A stretch of 64,000 nucleotides of DNA from Candidatus Bathyarchaeota archaeon. Lineage in GTDB: Archaea > Thermoproteota > Bathyarchaeia > Bathyarchaeales > Bathycorpusculaceae. The DNA lies in assembly GCA_963717465.1 (NCBI GenBank), contig OY970340.1:736001-800000 (forward strand), read 5' to 3'. Positions 1 to 9,476 of the stretch are shown in pieces (position 1 is the stretch's first letter; the number at the start of each line of letters is the position of its first letter). The translations under genes and the position numbers were made by a program. The notes beneath the pieces are model-generated. The model was not told where the DNA came from, made no database searches, and worked only from the letters and a program-made list of their open reading frames with translations.

Positions 1-529
1 GTGCAACTAAATAAAGGCCCGCTTCCAAACATGGTCCAGCAACGATTGCTCCTCGATGGTATTCTTTTTCTAACCTTTCAAGATGCTCGAATGCTTCCTT
101 TACAGAGTGCGGTTGAATAAGAGGATGGTCTCCTCCAATCATAACTGCTGATTCGTAGCCTCTTTTGAAAACGTTTCAAAAGACATTGCAATGCGATCGT
201 TAAAGTTGTTACCGCTTGTCGTAAAAAGTTCTATTGAATCCTTTGGCAAGCCTTGCATGTCTACTTTTTCAAGTAATTTCCTTCAGTTTATCCTCTTGTT
301 CTTTGGGTTCATAAGCGATAAACAGCTTGTTTTCCACAGTTGGTTTTTCTTCTTTGAATGACTTTATGACTTTTAAAACAACTTCCATCGTATCCATTAA
401 TGAAGCTTTGTAAAATGTTGCTGCCTCTTCAGGTGTTAAGAATCCTCCCTCTTCTTTTGCTGTAAGCCGAGTTTTAGTGTAGCCAGGCAATGGAACTCGC
501 GTAAAAAGAATTGAGGCTAATTTATTCAA
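1..529 (-). CDS. DUF2064/TIGR04282-like CofC-related glycosyltransferase, frameshifted, runs off window start
   Basis: N-terminal ILFTRVPLPGYTKTRL motif; continues in other frames after apparent indels near 270 and 175 (RGYESAVMIGGDHP...AGPCLEAGLYLV). Confidence 0.7.
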
Positions 530-642
530 ATGATTTGCACCTTTTTGTCCCGATAAAGTTGCTTCTCACTTTTAAAGTTTAAGCTATTCAACATCGAAGG
601 GTTTTCTGTTAATGTTAAGACGTTAATGGAATTCGTGAAATT

Positions 643-1693
643 TCATCTTTTGACAAATTCTTCTCTTTTTTCCTGTGTCATACTACTCGCGTAATCGTGT
701 GTTGCTTTAACCAATTCTTTAAGCCCTTCCGCATCATGCTCGTAAATTTCGGAAAGTGGCTGATTGCTATTTTCGGCTTGTTGAATCGATCTACCTACTG
801 CTATACCACTTTCAGCGGCTAAACGTATGCCTTCCCCAGTAAACGCATTACAGAATCCAGCCGCATCCCCAGCTAGAATCACGTTACCTTTGCCAACCAG
901 TTGATAACCGTATGGTACGGCAGCTGCGCTTTTCCGCTTTAGTTTCAATGGTTCAAACGCAAATTCTCGATTTAACCACTCCTTAAAATTGTCTATGCAA
1001 TCGGATGCTGGGACGAGCAAAAGTTGCTAGTAGATCCAGTGCCAATTATTATTTCTTCGTCTTTCGGTATGACATAACCGTATGTTGGGGTAATGTTGCC
1101 GTCAAGAAAGAAGTAAAAAAAATCTTTGAAGTCGCCTTTTGCTTGCCAATGTTCTTGCAAGACAGTCATTATTTCTGTTCGTAAATTAGGATAAAGACAT
1201 TTTTCTTATTTTAGAATGAACACCGTCGGCGCCAACTAGATAACGTGTAGTAAACTTCTTAGTGTGTCCTTTGGTTTTGGCAAGTACTGTTAAGCCTTCT
1301 TTTTTTTCTTCAAAACTCACAAACTCTGTGTTAAATGAGACTTCTGCTTTTTCGCTTTTTACAACCGAATCTTGCAGCCATTCATCAAATTTGTCGCGAT
1401 TTAAATTTAATAGCTTGTAATTTTTGGGAGATCCGCTATTTCTTCTGCCACTTGGCGGAACGTACATTAGACCTAAAGATTCAGGTGAACTCATGACGCT
1501 TGTGGGAATATCTAAACCTATCTCTTTAAAAACATCGATGCCTACCGTTGGCATAACTCCGCCGCAGGGTTTATGGCGACCATATCGATTCTTTCTCAAG
1601 CACAAGCACATTGAAGCCTGCCTTAGAACAGGCTAATGCGGAAGTGCAGCCTGCTATGCCGCCGCCAACGATGATAACGTCAAAATCTTGCAA
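643..1693 (-). CDS. Geranylgeranyl-reductase-like FAD oxidoreductase (LipT-like by context), frameshifted
   Basis: TTG start, DVIIVGGGIAG Rossmann motif, KPCGG, LVGADG, LAGDAAG...GEGI across ORFs 1186-1611 and 643-1020. Confidence 0.8.
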
Positions 1694-1698
1694 AGAAT

Positions 1699-3281
1699 TT
1701 ACCTTTTCACTTCTTTTGCCTGTGTTCCTTTTAGTAGTTTGGATAGAAGTTCCATTTTAAGCTGTGTTTGGACGTCAAAATTGCCTCTGTAAGCTTCATG
1801 GTCTTTGCCTAAATCATAGCACGTCTTGTCATCAATGTCAATAATTATTCCTGGCATACCTGCCTCTTCAAGTTCATCTTGATGTTTGCAGTAGAATGCT
1901 TCGCAACAGCAGCCGATAAAGCCCTTTGCGCCTGCTTTCTTTTTCTCAGATAGCGTGTCTCATTAAATGCTCGAAGTTTTGGATTGTAATTACGTCTTTT
2001 AGCCCAAGTTCTTCAGCCCATTTGTACACTTGCCCAACTGAGCATCGTCCGCATTTATTACAGCCTTCTATCCACTTGTACTTGCAATCGCTGGGTTTGG
2101 CACAGTAGGGTAAAAGGAGAAAATCATACCCGTTTTGCAATAGTTTTTTGTATTGGTTAGTTACGGGGTAAATGTGATTTGCATCTGGTAAACTGATTCC
2201 GAATGTTTCAAATGATGTTTTGTCGATTGCTTGAAGAATTAGCTGCAGAATTATTTCAGGTGTCACACCGGGCAAGCTGAATTTTTTTTTGAGCAAAGAA
2301 GTCAAAGACAATTTTCCTGATTTCATATGCGTCGCAGTGGACAAATTTCATGGTTGCTTCAAAGTCTAATATCGCTTTTGATGGGAAAACGAAGAAGTCA
2401 CCCGTTACAAGGATGCTCTTTATGATGTTGGTTCCTCTGTCAATCGCTAGTGAAACTCGAATTAGTCCTCCAGGAGTTTTAGCTATGGCGTGAACGACTG
2501 CTGCTTCGTTTAATGGTCTGCGGTCAAGGTAAATCCATTCTTCCGACTTAAAGTATGGCAATTTTTTTTCAAAAAGTTTCTTTTCGGCAATTTTTAGTTT
2601 GCCTGGTTCAAGTTTAATGTTTAATGTATGCTCAAAGCTTTTTTTTATGGCGGTTTTTATTTCTTCCAAGTTTGAGCTGTGTCCAAGTTCGCGGTCTATC
2701 CAAGTTACTCTTTCTTTGGCTGATTTTAGCTCCTTATCCTTCAGTTTTGCAATTGGGATTCTTAAGGCTCGAATCATCATCTCAACGTTGAAGTCTATAA
2801 GAAGCGTTCCTTGAAACAGGAAAGCATCTTCTCTTTCGACTCCTCCTGTCCCTGAAATTTTTCTTCCTTTTACTTCTATGTCGTTTTTAGGGCGGTAAGT
2901 TGCTGGGATGCCGATTTTTTTTAATGCTTCAATTGCACCCTTGCACATTAACTGAAAAAGCCTTTCAACGTTAGTGTATTCAGGTACCGATTTGCGCAAT
3001 GCTACGATTTCCCATCCGAGCACTTTTTCGTCAAAAAGCAGTGCGCCTCCTCCTGTTAATCTTCGATTGAAATCAATGTTGTTGCTTTTGACGTAGTCAA
3101 GGCGGACTTCATGTTCAATGTCTTGATGATAACCCACTAAGGCTGCTGGAGGACTGAATTGGAGAAAGCGAAATGTGTTCGGGGCGATATGTTTTGATAC
3201 TGCTTCCAGAATTATGTCATCAAGTGTCATGTTTTCTGCGGCAGTCATATGTCCCGTGTCTAAAAATCGCCATTTCTTCAC
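1699..3281 (-). CDS. lplA: Lipoate-protein ligase fused to a Cys-rich DUF116-like C-terminal domain, frameshifted
   Basis: RRLTGGGA, KNDIEVKGRKISGTG, KTPGGLIR, GDFF; continues via 1946-2344 (LPYCAKP..C..GCNKCGRC) and GFIGCCCEAFYCKH to TAA at 1699. Confidence 0.85.
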
Positions 3282-4330
3282 CTTACAAGCCGCTCCGTCG
3301 ATGAATCGATTATTTCTTGCTTGTTCTTTAAAGATTCAATATCCTGCCAGATAAGCGAGCAGCATTCTTCGTGGAAAATTGTTTTTAGTCCTGCTTTCAT
3401 GGCTGTTTTAGGGGCTTCTTCGCTTGGGTAAGCGATGCCGTTTATTCCTGCCTTAATCGCCAGCACGTCAGTTTTAACCCTGTGAATCCCTCCAGGTCTT
3501 GCGCATCCTAATAGTATTGGCTTATTAGGCATAAGATGTCTGCAAGCCAAAATCACACGAGCAACATCTAAGGCAGAAGGAGGTTTCACTTGCTCCATTG
3601 ACGTGTTTTTTAGCGGTTTTAAGGCGACAATAACTACTGCAGTGGGGTTTGTTTCCGATATTATTTGAACAGCTTTTTTTTCGCCTTTAAGTTTGCCATA
3701 ATGTATCCCAACCACTATATGGGGCACCGTTGGAATGTTGTTTTGCTGTAATGAAATAAGCGATTGCTTAAAAACATCTATGTCGCAATCAAGATGGTAA
3801 ACGTCCTTAATTGTTTCTTCATTACCTAGCACATCCAGCATTGCCGCATCAATATGTGCTTTGGCTAATGCTTTGGCGAGTGAAGGCGAAATAAGCCCAG
3901 TGTGAACAACAACCTTTAGGTCGAGTTCCTCTTTTACTCGCTTTATTGTGGGAACAAATTCTGTTAGTGGAACAGCGCCTTCCTTTTGGCTTCCGCCGCT
4001 TATAAGACACCCTTGACCTCCAAGTTGTTTAATTTTTAGGCATTGATTGAATAATTCTTGAGGATTAGTGGCGGGAATCATGCTTTCAAGCAATGATTTT
4101 TTGCAGTGTTCACAGTTTAGTTGACAATTTTTTCCGGTAACCGAAATTGCAGGAAAACTTTGGCAGTTCTTAGTTTGGTAGACCTGTGTGTCATACTGTA
4201 CCATGCTTGGAATGTAAAAGTGGATTTCGTCTGAAAAATTTTTACACCTTAAGGCAATGGCTTCATCAAATAGAGTCTTCAGACGGTTGAAGGGTTCGTT
4301 GAAACATTGGTTAATGGTTTTTTCAGCCAA
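3278..4330 (-). CDS. lipS1: Radical SAM lipoyl synthase subunit of the LipS1/LipS2 type (GCAR and CC motifs)
   Basis: CQLNCEHC radical SAM motif, LGCARP and C-terminal EECC; adjacent to lipoate ligase. LipS1 vs LipS2 label assigned from recalled motif definitions. Confidence 0.75.
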   Translation of the reverse strand: MAEKTINQCFNEPFNRLKTLFDEAIALRCKNFSDEIHFYIPSMVQYDTQVYQTKNCQSFPAISVTGKNCQLNCEHCKKSLLESMIPATNPQELFNQCLKIKQLGGQGCLISGGSQKEGAVPLTEFVPTIKRVKEELDLKVVVHTGLISPSLAKALAKAHIDAAMLDVLGNEETIKDVYHLDCDIDVFKQSLISLQQNNIPTVPHIVVGIHYGKLKGEKKAVQIISETNPTAVVIVALKPLKNTSMEQVKPPSALDVARVILACRHLMPNKPILLGCARPGGIHRVKTDVLAIKAGINGIAYPSEEAPKTAMKAGLKTIFHEECCSLIWQDIESLKNKQEIIDSSTERLVR

Positions 4331-4361
4331 ATACGACCCATCTTTTAGCAGAATGCCTGAT

Positions 4362-5481
4362 TTATGACAAGCAACTTATGCAGTTGCTGCATCCGAGTCC
4401 TTCCGCCCATTCTTTAACTGGGACATCGGAGTAGTCCAGCAGTTGTTTTCTAATTACTACTATGTCTTCGTTGTTAGGCGTGAAGGGATAATTTCGCATT
4501 TCACCCATGTAAGCTTGATACGGAGTGTAGTCTCCAAAGGGTCTGTTGCAAGCGTTATCTTTGGTTTTACTGGCACATCCCGATGTCATAAAGGGTAATC
4601 CACCCTTTATTTCATCGTTCAAGATTTCTTTGTCGACATTGTAGTTTGTAACTTTGCCTTCATCATTAAACGAGATCTGGTTTATAGTGATTTTTCCTTT
4701 ATTAATGAGATATCGCGCAAGCTGTACCCGACGATAATGCCCAATGGGTGGTTGAAGACAATCCTGCATTTGCGACTCTTCTTCTGCGAAGAACGAGAAC
4801 AGGTGAGTTGTCGCCCCGAGGTCATACGCGTTTTGGATTGCTTGTATCATTTGCTTTTCAGTTTCGCCTAAACCGACAATTAAGTGTGTTCCGACGTTGT
4901 ATTGCCCGAAGATTTCTACTGTATCTTTAACTATTTTCCAGTAGTGTTCCCATTTATGTGGGCCTTTGACGCCTTTGCCTCGGAACTTATCAAACAATTC
5001 CGGAGTGACAGCGTCAATGGCTATTCCTATCTTGTCTGAGCCTGCATCTTTGAGTTTAGTTAGCCAGTCTTTGTTAATAATTGTAGGCGCTACCAATGTG
5101 GAAATAGCATCCGTTTTTTTCCGTAATTGTTTAACAATTTTTAGTGTATCTTCTTTTGCTCTCACGTTTGTAACCATCGAAACACAAACCCGTTCAATAT
5201 GAGAGCATCCTTTACTACCCATTCTTTCCAAGATTTCGTTCAAGCTTACGGTTGGCCAGTCAACCCTGATGAAACTTTGCTGATTCCACTTCTTAGAATT
5301 ATGTCGTCGCGCCTGATAACCCGCAGTATGCGCATTTTCCAACGCAGCCTTCGTTGTAGGTCAGTAATAGGTTGAGGCAGTAGAGTTTTGCATCTCGAAA
5401 GAATTTGCCTTCTGCTAAGCCCATTGTCATGGCTGCAGCATGGCTTACGCGCACGTATTCTGGGGATTCGTAACTATTCAA
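4362..5481 (-). CDS. lipS2: Radical SAM lipoyl synthase subunit of the LipS1/LipS2 type (TxGC...CNRP motif), frameshifted near 5310
   Basis: SPEYVRVS, CVGKCAYC, FIRVDWP, HLIVGLGETE, TSGCASKTKDNACNRP; ORFs 5299-5481 and 4362-5342. Confidence 0.75.
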
Positions 5482-5954
5482 TTCTTGGCACCTTTCAGAA
5501 TTGTAATATCCTGTGATATATGAACTGGTGCTCCATTCTGCAGGGCTCTTAATGCGAAACTTGAGTTCTTTGTTATTTCAACGCATCTTTGGGCTCTAGC
5601 TTTGTCGGCTTCATTTGCTGTTTCAACATGAAAGACGGCGTCGACGCCGATTAATTCATAGCCGTTGGCGCCTAGTTTGACTACGGCGTTGACTGTAACT
5701 TTTAGGCTTTTAATTTTAAGTCTCATTCTCTCCTTCGTGTACAGGAAAGTTGTTAGTAAACAACCTCCAATTGACGAGAAGAAGAGTGCACATGGGCTGA
5801 CAAATTTGCCTTTTCCACCAAACTCAGTAGGCCTGTCTAAGCTAAACTCATGAACAGGGCTTCCTTGATTATCGCCAACATGTACTTTTCCACCGCTTTT
5901 TCCATCCCACTCAATCTCAGCAGAATACTCCAAACTATTCGGGATGGAAATCAA
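5478..5954 (-). CDS. OsmC/Ohr family protein
   Basis: DRPTEFGGKG..SP..LF.SSIGGC motif. Confidence 0.8.
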   Translation of the reverse strand: MISIPNSLEYSAEIEWDGKSGGKVHVGDNQGSPVHEFSLDRPTEFGGKGKFVSPCALFFSSIGGCLLTTFLYTKERMRLKIKSLKVTVNAVVKLGANGYELIGVDAVFHVETANEADKARAQRCVEITKNSSFALRALQNGAPVHISQDITILKGAKN

Positions 5955-6016
5955 AAACTTCAGCCTTTAAAAAACTAAAATTATTGGTTGTGTTTTACTG
6001 GAAAATATAAGAGGGA

Positions 6017-6445
6017 TTATTTTTTGACTCTTGTTTCAATTTCTTTTTTGTACCATTCAACGGATGCTTCGCCATGTACCAAGGCTTCCATTTCTTCAGG
6101 CTTTGTTGGCTTTAATATGGCTATCCAGCCTTCACCGTAAGGGTCATCGTTAATCAATTTTGGTGTTGCTCGTAGTTTTGCATTTACTTCATCAACTGTG
6201 CCTGTAACTGGAGATTCGACTGCACCAACCCATTTTTGGCTTTCAATGTTTGCGACTGCCTTCCCTTGTTCGATTGCTGTGCCTTTTGGTTTAGCGCGGA
6301 CAAACATCAATTGTTGAGCAAGCTTTTGTCCTAAATCAGTTATTCCAACTCTTATTCTGCCGTCTGGTTCTTTTTTTGCCCAAGTTACTCCTCTTGGCCA
6401 ATAGTTAAGGTCTTCTTTAAGTTCATATTCTCCAACTTTAACCAT
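6017..6445 (-). CDS. gcvH: Lipoyl-carrier GcvH-family protein, LbpA-like
   Basis: RVGITD, IESQKWVG lipoyl-lysine motif, SPVTG.V.EVN, INDDPYGEGW. Confidence 0.9.
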   Translation of the reverse strand: MVKVGEYELKEDLNYWPRGVTWAKKEPDGRIRVGITDLGQKLAQQLMFVRAKPKGTAIEQGKAVANIESQKWVGAVESPVTGTVDEVNAKLRATPKLINDDPYGEGWIAILKPTKPEEMEALVHGEASVEWYKKEIETRVKK

Positions 6446-6711
6446 ATCTCTTCAACCCATTCCTTAAGTGTTAAGTTGTTATACCTTGTTCTTAGTTGAT
6501 AAATATTTTGGGACTGACCTAATATTGATTTCTAAATAAGGCTCAGTAAAATTGTCGGCAAAACTACTCAAGTAAAAATTCGGTGGATTAATAGATTATT
6601 CCATGTGATGACCTGATATTTTTTCAATATCTTCGTGATTTGTAAACATCTTCGAATTTACCCATAAGGTTCTTTTTGGAGTTTAAGAATATATTACAAG
6701 AGGAATAAGAA

Positions 6712-7230
6712 ATGGAGTTTGATAATGTTGTTGCTTCAAGGAAGAGCGTTCGAGATTTCTTGAGCAAGGACGTTGAAGATGAAAAATTAATGAAGATTTT
6801 GGAGGCGTCGAGATGGGCACCTTCTTGGGAGAACCATCAAAGCTGCCAGTTCATTGTAGTGAGAGATAAAGCTATCATACAAAAATTGTGCCTTTTTGAA
6901 AATGTACCTGTTCTTTTAGTTGCTTGCGCGAATCCTGAGGAGTCAGGCCAATTGAATGGCATGGACTATTATCTTGTGGATGTTGGCATATGCACCCAAC
7001 AGCTTGTTTTAGCTGCAACTAATCTGGGTCTTGGAACATGCTGGACAGGCTTTTTCAACGAGGAAGATACCAAGAAAATGTTGCAGGTACCTGAAAATAT
7101 TAAGATAGTAGCGTTAATACTATTAGGTTATCCTGATCCCGCTGGCACCATCGGCAAAGACTTGAGAGAAATGGTTAAGGGTGACACTAGAAAACCGCTT
7201 GAAGAAATGATCCACAAAGAAAAATGGTGA
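6712..7230 (+). CDS. Nitroreductase family protein
   Basis: RKSVR, WAPSWEN.Q, LGLGTCW. Confidence 0.9.
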   Translation: MEFDNVVASRKSVRDFLSKDVEDEKLMKILEASRWAPSWENHQSCQFIVVRDKAIIQKLCLFENVPVLLVACANPEESGQLNGMDYYLVDVGICTQQLVLAATNLGLGTCWTGFFNEEDTKKMLQVPENIKIVALILLGYPDPAGTIGKDLREMVKGDTRKPLEEMIHKEKW

Positions 7231-7485
7231 CAAATCGGACTAAACGCTAAAGCTTTGCCAGTTCACCTACACTTCTTGTAAACTCATCTTGTTTTAAAGC
7301 AGCCCCTGCATGCACCAAATCAGGGCATTCACCCGGGACTTTACGGAACCCTGAATAAGCAGCCAAGTGAATGCATTCCATCTTCATCTGAATCTAAATT
7401 GCGCTTGCCTAATTATGCGCTTAGTTACCTGGATGGCGGGCAAGCTAAGTTTTGCAAGCAAGAAAAAATAAGCAAAGATGTGCGA

Positions 7486-7968
7486 TCAAAAGCGAGGTTG
7501 AAATAAACCATCGTCAATGTTATTTTTAATATCCGCTGGTGGTGGCTGTGGCTTTACAGGTGGTAGACCTGGAAACTCTTTTCTTATGGTCATCCATGCT
7601 ATCTTTAATGGTCTTTCCATGCTCTCTAGAAAGAATACGACGTCATCGTTTCCACCTAAAGTTACCAGTATCTCGCTGTTTATTAACAGGGCAACCATGT
7701 AAGACTCTCTGCCTTCCAAGCAATGTTTCAGTATCTGCACTGCTACATATTCCATAATCAGTGTTGGCTCTTTTACTGCTCCTTTGTGTACTGTTATTTT
7801 GTCTTGATGTGCTTCAATTTGCAAGTTGGCTTTAGGGCAATCTGCAAACCGGATTTCAACAACCATTTCACAGCCTTTAAAGGCTTCAAGAGCTGCAGGG
7901 TCTACACTAGCAATCGTGAATAATCGATGCATGAAGTCCAATAGCTTTGGTTCAATATCAGTTGACAT
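7486..7968 (-). CDS. SCP2 (sterol carrier)-like protein, paralogue of 11808-12227
   Basis: SCP2-like pattern (KITVHKGAVKEPTLIMEY); aligns by eye with 11808-12227 from KLLDF to EFPGLP. Confidence 0.55.
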   Translation of the reverse strand: MSTDIEPKLLDFMHRLFTIASVDPAALEAFKGCEMVVEIRFADCPKANLQIEAHQDKITVHKGAVKEPTLIMEYVAVQILKHCLEGRESYMVALLINSEILVTLGGNDDVVFFLESMERPLKIAWMTIRKEFPGLPPVKPQPPPADIKNNIDDGLFQPRF

Positions 7969-8064
7969 ATCATGTCCTCAACACTTTGATATTTTAACTA
8001 AGTACAATAAAAAGGTAATAAAAAAATTTAACTTATTTATGATAGTCTTTCAGGCTTTCCAAGA

Positions 8065-9093
8065 TTACTTCTTCGGTACGTACTCTTTAGCTGCTTCGAC
8101 GAAAGCTTTTACGTTCGCAAGTGGGACTACTGATGAGATTCCGCATCCTGGCTCCAGCAAATCAGCGCCTGCCTGTAATGCATTCATTGCTTCAGCTTTT
8201 ACTTCAGCCGGTGTACCAAAGACTAGTGTCTTCTTTGAGGATACGTTGCCTAAGATTTTAACGTCACCGACTAAGTTCTTAATGTTAGCAATGTTTACAG
8301 CTTCTTCTATGCTTATGCCATCGAACCCTGAATCGACCATTTCAGGAATTAGTTTTTCTGTTCGCCCGCAAATGTGCAAGACTCTAATTCCGCCTAAGTT
8401 GTCAGTTAAATCGAGTAGTACGGGTTTTACAAATTTCTTGTACCAATCTACGCTTATCATTTCAAGTGACGCCATTGGCTCAGCAATACATACAATGTCA
8501 GCACCTGCTTGAAATTGCGCTTTTGCATATTGCAAAACGAAATCGTATCCAAATTTAGTGTATGCCTTGATGTTGTCAGGAGATCTTACAATCCATTTCA
8601 AGAAAGTTTCTATTCCTGGTAACTCTCCGGCAATTGTGAACGGTCCAACTACGTGACTTGCAATTGGTAGATAATCGCCTACTTGTTTCCTTAATAGTCT
8701 GATGGCTTCCAGCACAACGGGAATTCTGCCTAATTCGAGAATGTTTTCAGGCATTTTTAAGTCTTCGGGTTTCGCAAAGGGATGTCCTTTTACTGCAGGA
8801 AGATGCTCGGGGCTATCGAACCATTTGACCTCGCATCCTAATGCTTCAGCTTCTACCACGAAATCGAAGGGAACCCTGACACATTCGACGCCAGCTAATT
8901 CATAGCTAGCTATAGCTAGTTTTGCCATCTTTTCCGCGTTTTTGTGGGCGTCTGGCCAGAATATTCCAGTAGCGTTTTGCATATCAACGTTAACTGTTCC
9001 TCCACATCCCGCAACTGAAGTCGCTGGTATCCTATCAACAGGCCCTCCTAACAGGGCAGCCATAACTCGTCGTTTAGGGCTAAATTTTTTCAA
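8065..9093 (-). CDS. mtaA: MtaA/CmuA-family methylcobamide methyltransferase (URO-D fold)
   Basis: PFDFVVEAEALG, GPFT.AG, Zn ligands LHICG and PGCG. Confidence 0.85.
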   Translation of the reverse strand: MKKFSPKRRVMAALLGGPVDRIPATSVAGCGGTVNVDMQNATGIFWPDAHKNAEKMAKLAIASYELAGVECVRVPFDFVVEAEALGCEVKWFDSPEHLPAVKGHPFAKPEDLKMPENILELGRIPVVLEAIRLLRKQVGDYLPIASHVVGPFTIAGELPGIETFLKWIVRSPDNIKAYTKFGYDFVLQYAKAQFQAGADIVCIAEPMASLEMISVDWYKKFVKPVLLDLTDNLGGIRVLHICGRTEKLIPEMVDSGFDGISIEEAVNIANIKNLVGDVKILGNVSSKKTLVFGTPAEVKAEAMNALQAGADLLEPGCGISSVVPLANVKAFVEAAKEYVPKK

Positions 9094-9476
9094 TTACTTT
9101 CCTCCTTTTCTTTCAAAATTAATCTTGCGTACCTAATAAGATTTCCGTAAAGAAGGCAAAACTATCCTGTGAGCAAAATAATATGGCGGAAAGATGTTTT
9201 TCAGGCAAAGTTCATGGGTTTGTTGTTTTACAAGTTTTCAAATGTTCAAGTTTTCAAAGTTTGCTGGCGAAGTTGCGCTAAGTTAAGAAATAGAATTGTT
9301 ACTTGCTATAGTGTGCATCGTTAAACTTGTTTGGCGTACCCTGCAGCATGTTCTATTGATTGTGCGGGTGAGAAAAGCTTGTTAAAAGTTTTTTTGAAGC
9401 ATTTATAAGGCTTTTGTCGACTTATCGCAAAAATATAAATACCTGCAAGCCCAACCAAGGTATTAGGTGAATAAAA

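Noticed and set aside
7245..7390. 46-aa minus-strand ORF MKMECIHLAAY...
   Set aside because: No clear RBS or family similarity.
7826..8512. Long antisense ORFs (also 15457-16035, 48192-48722 and similar)
   Set aside because: They lie opposite well-supported genes and have no recognisable motifs; shadow ORFs.
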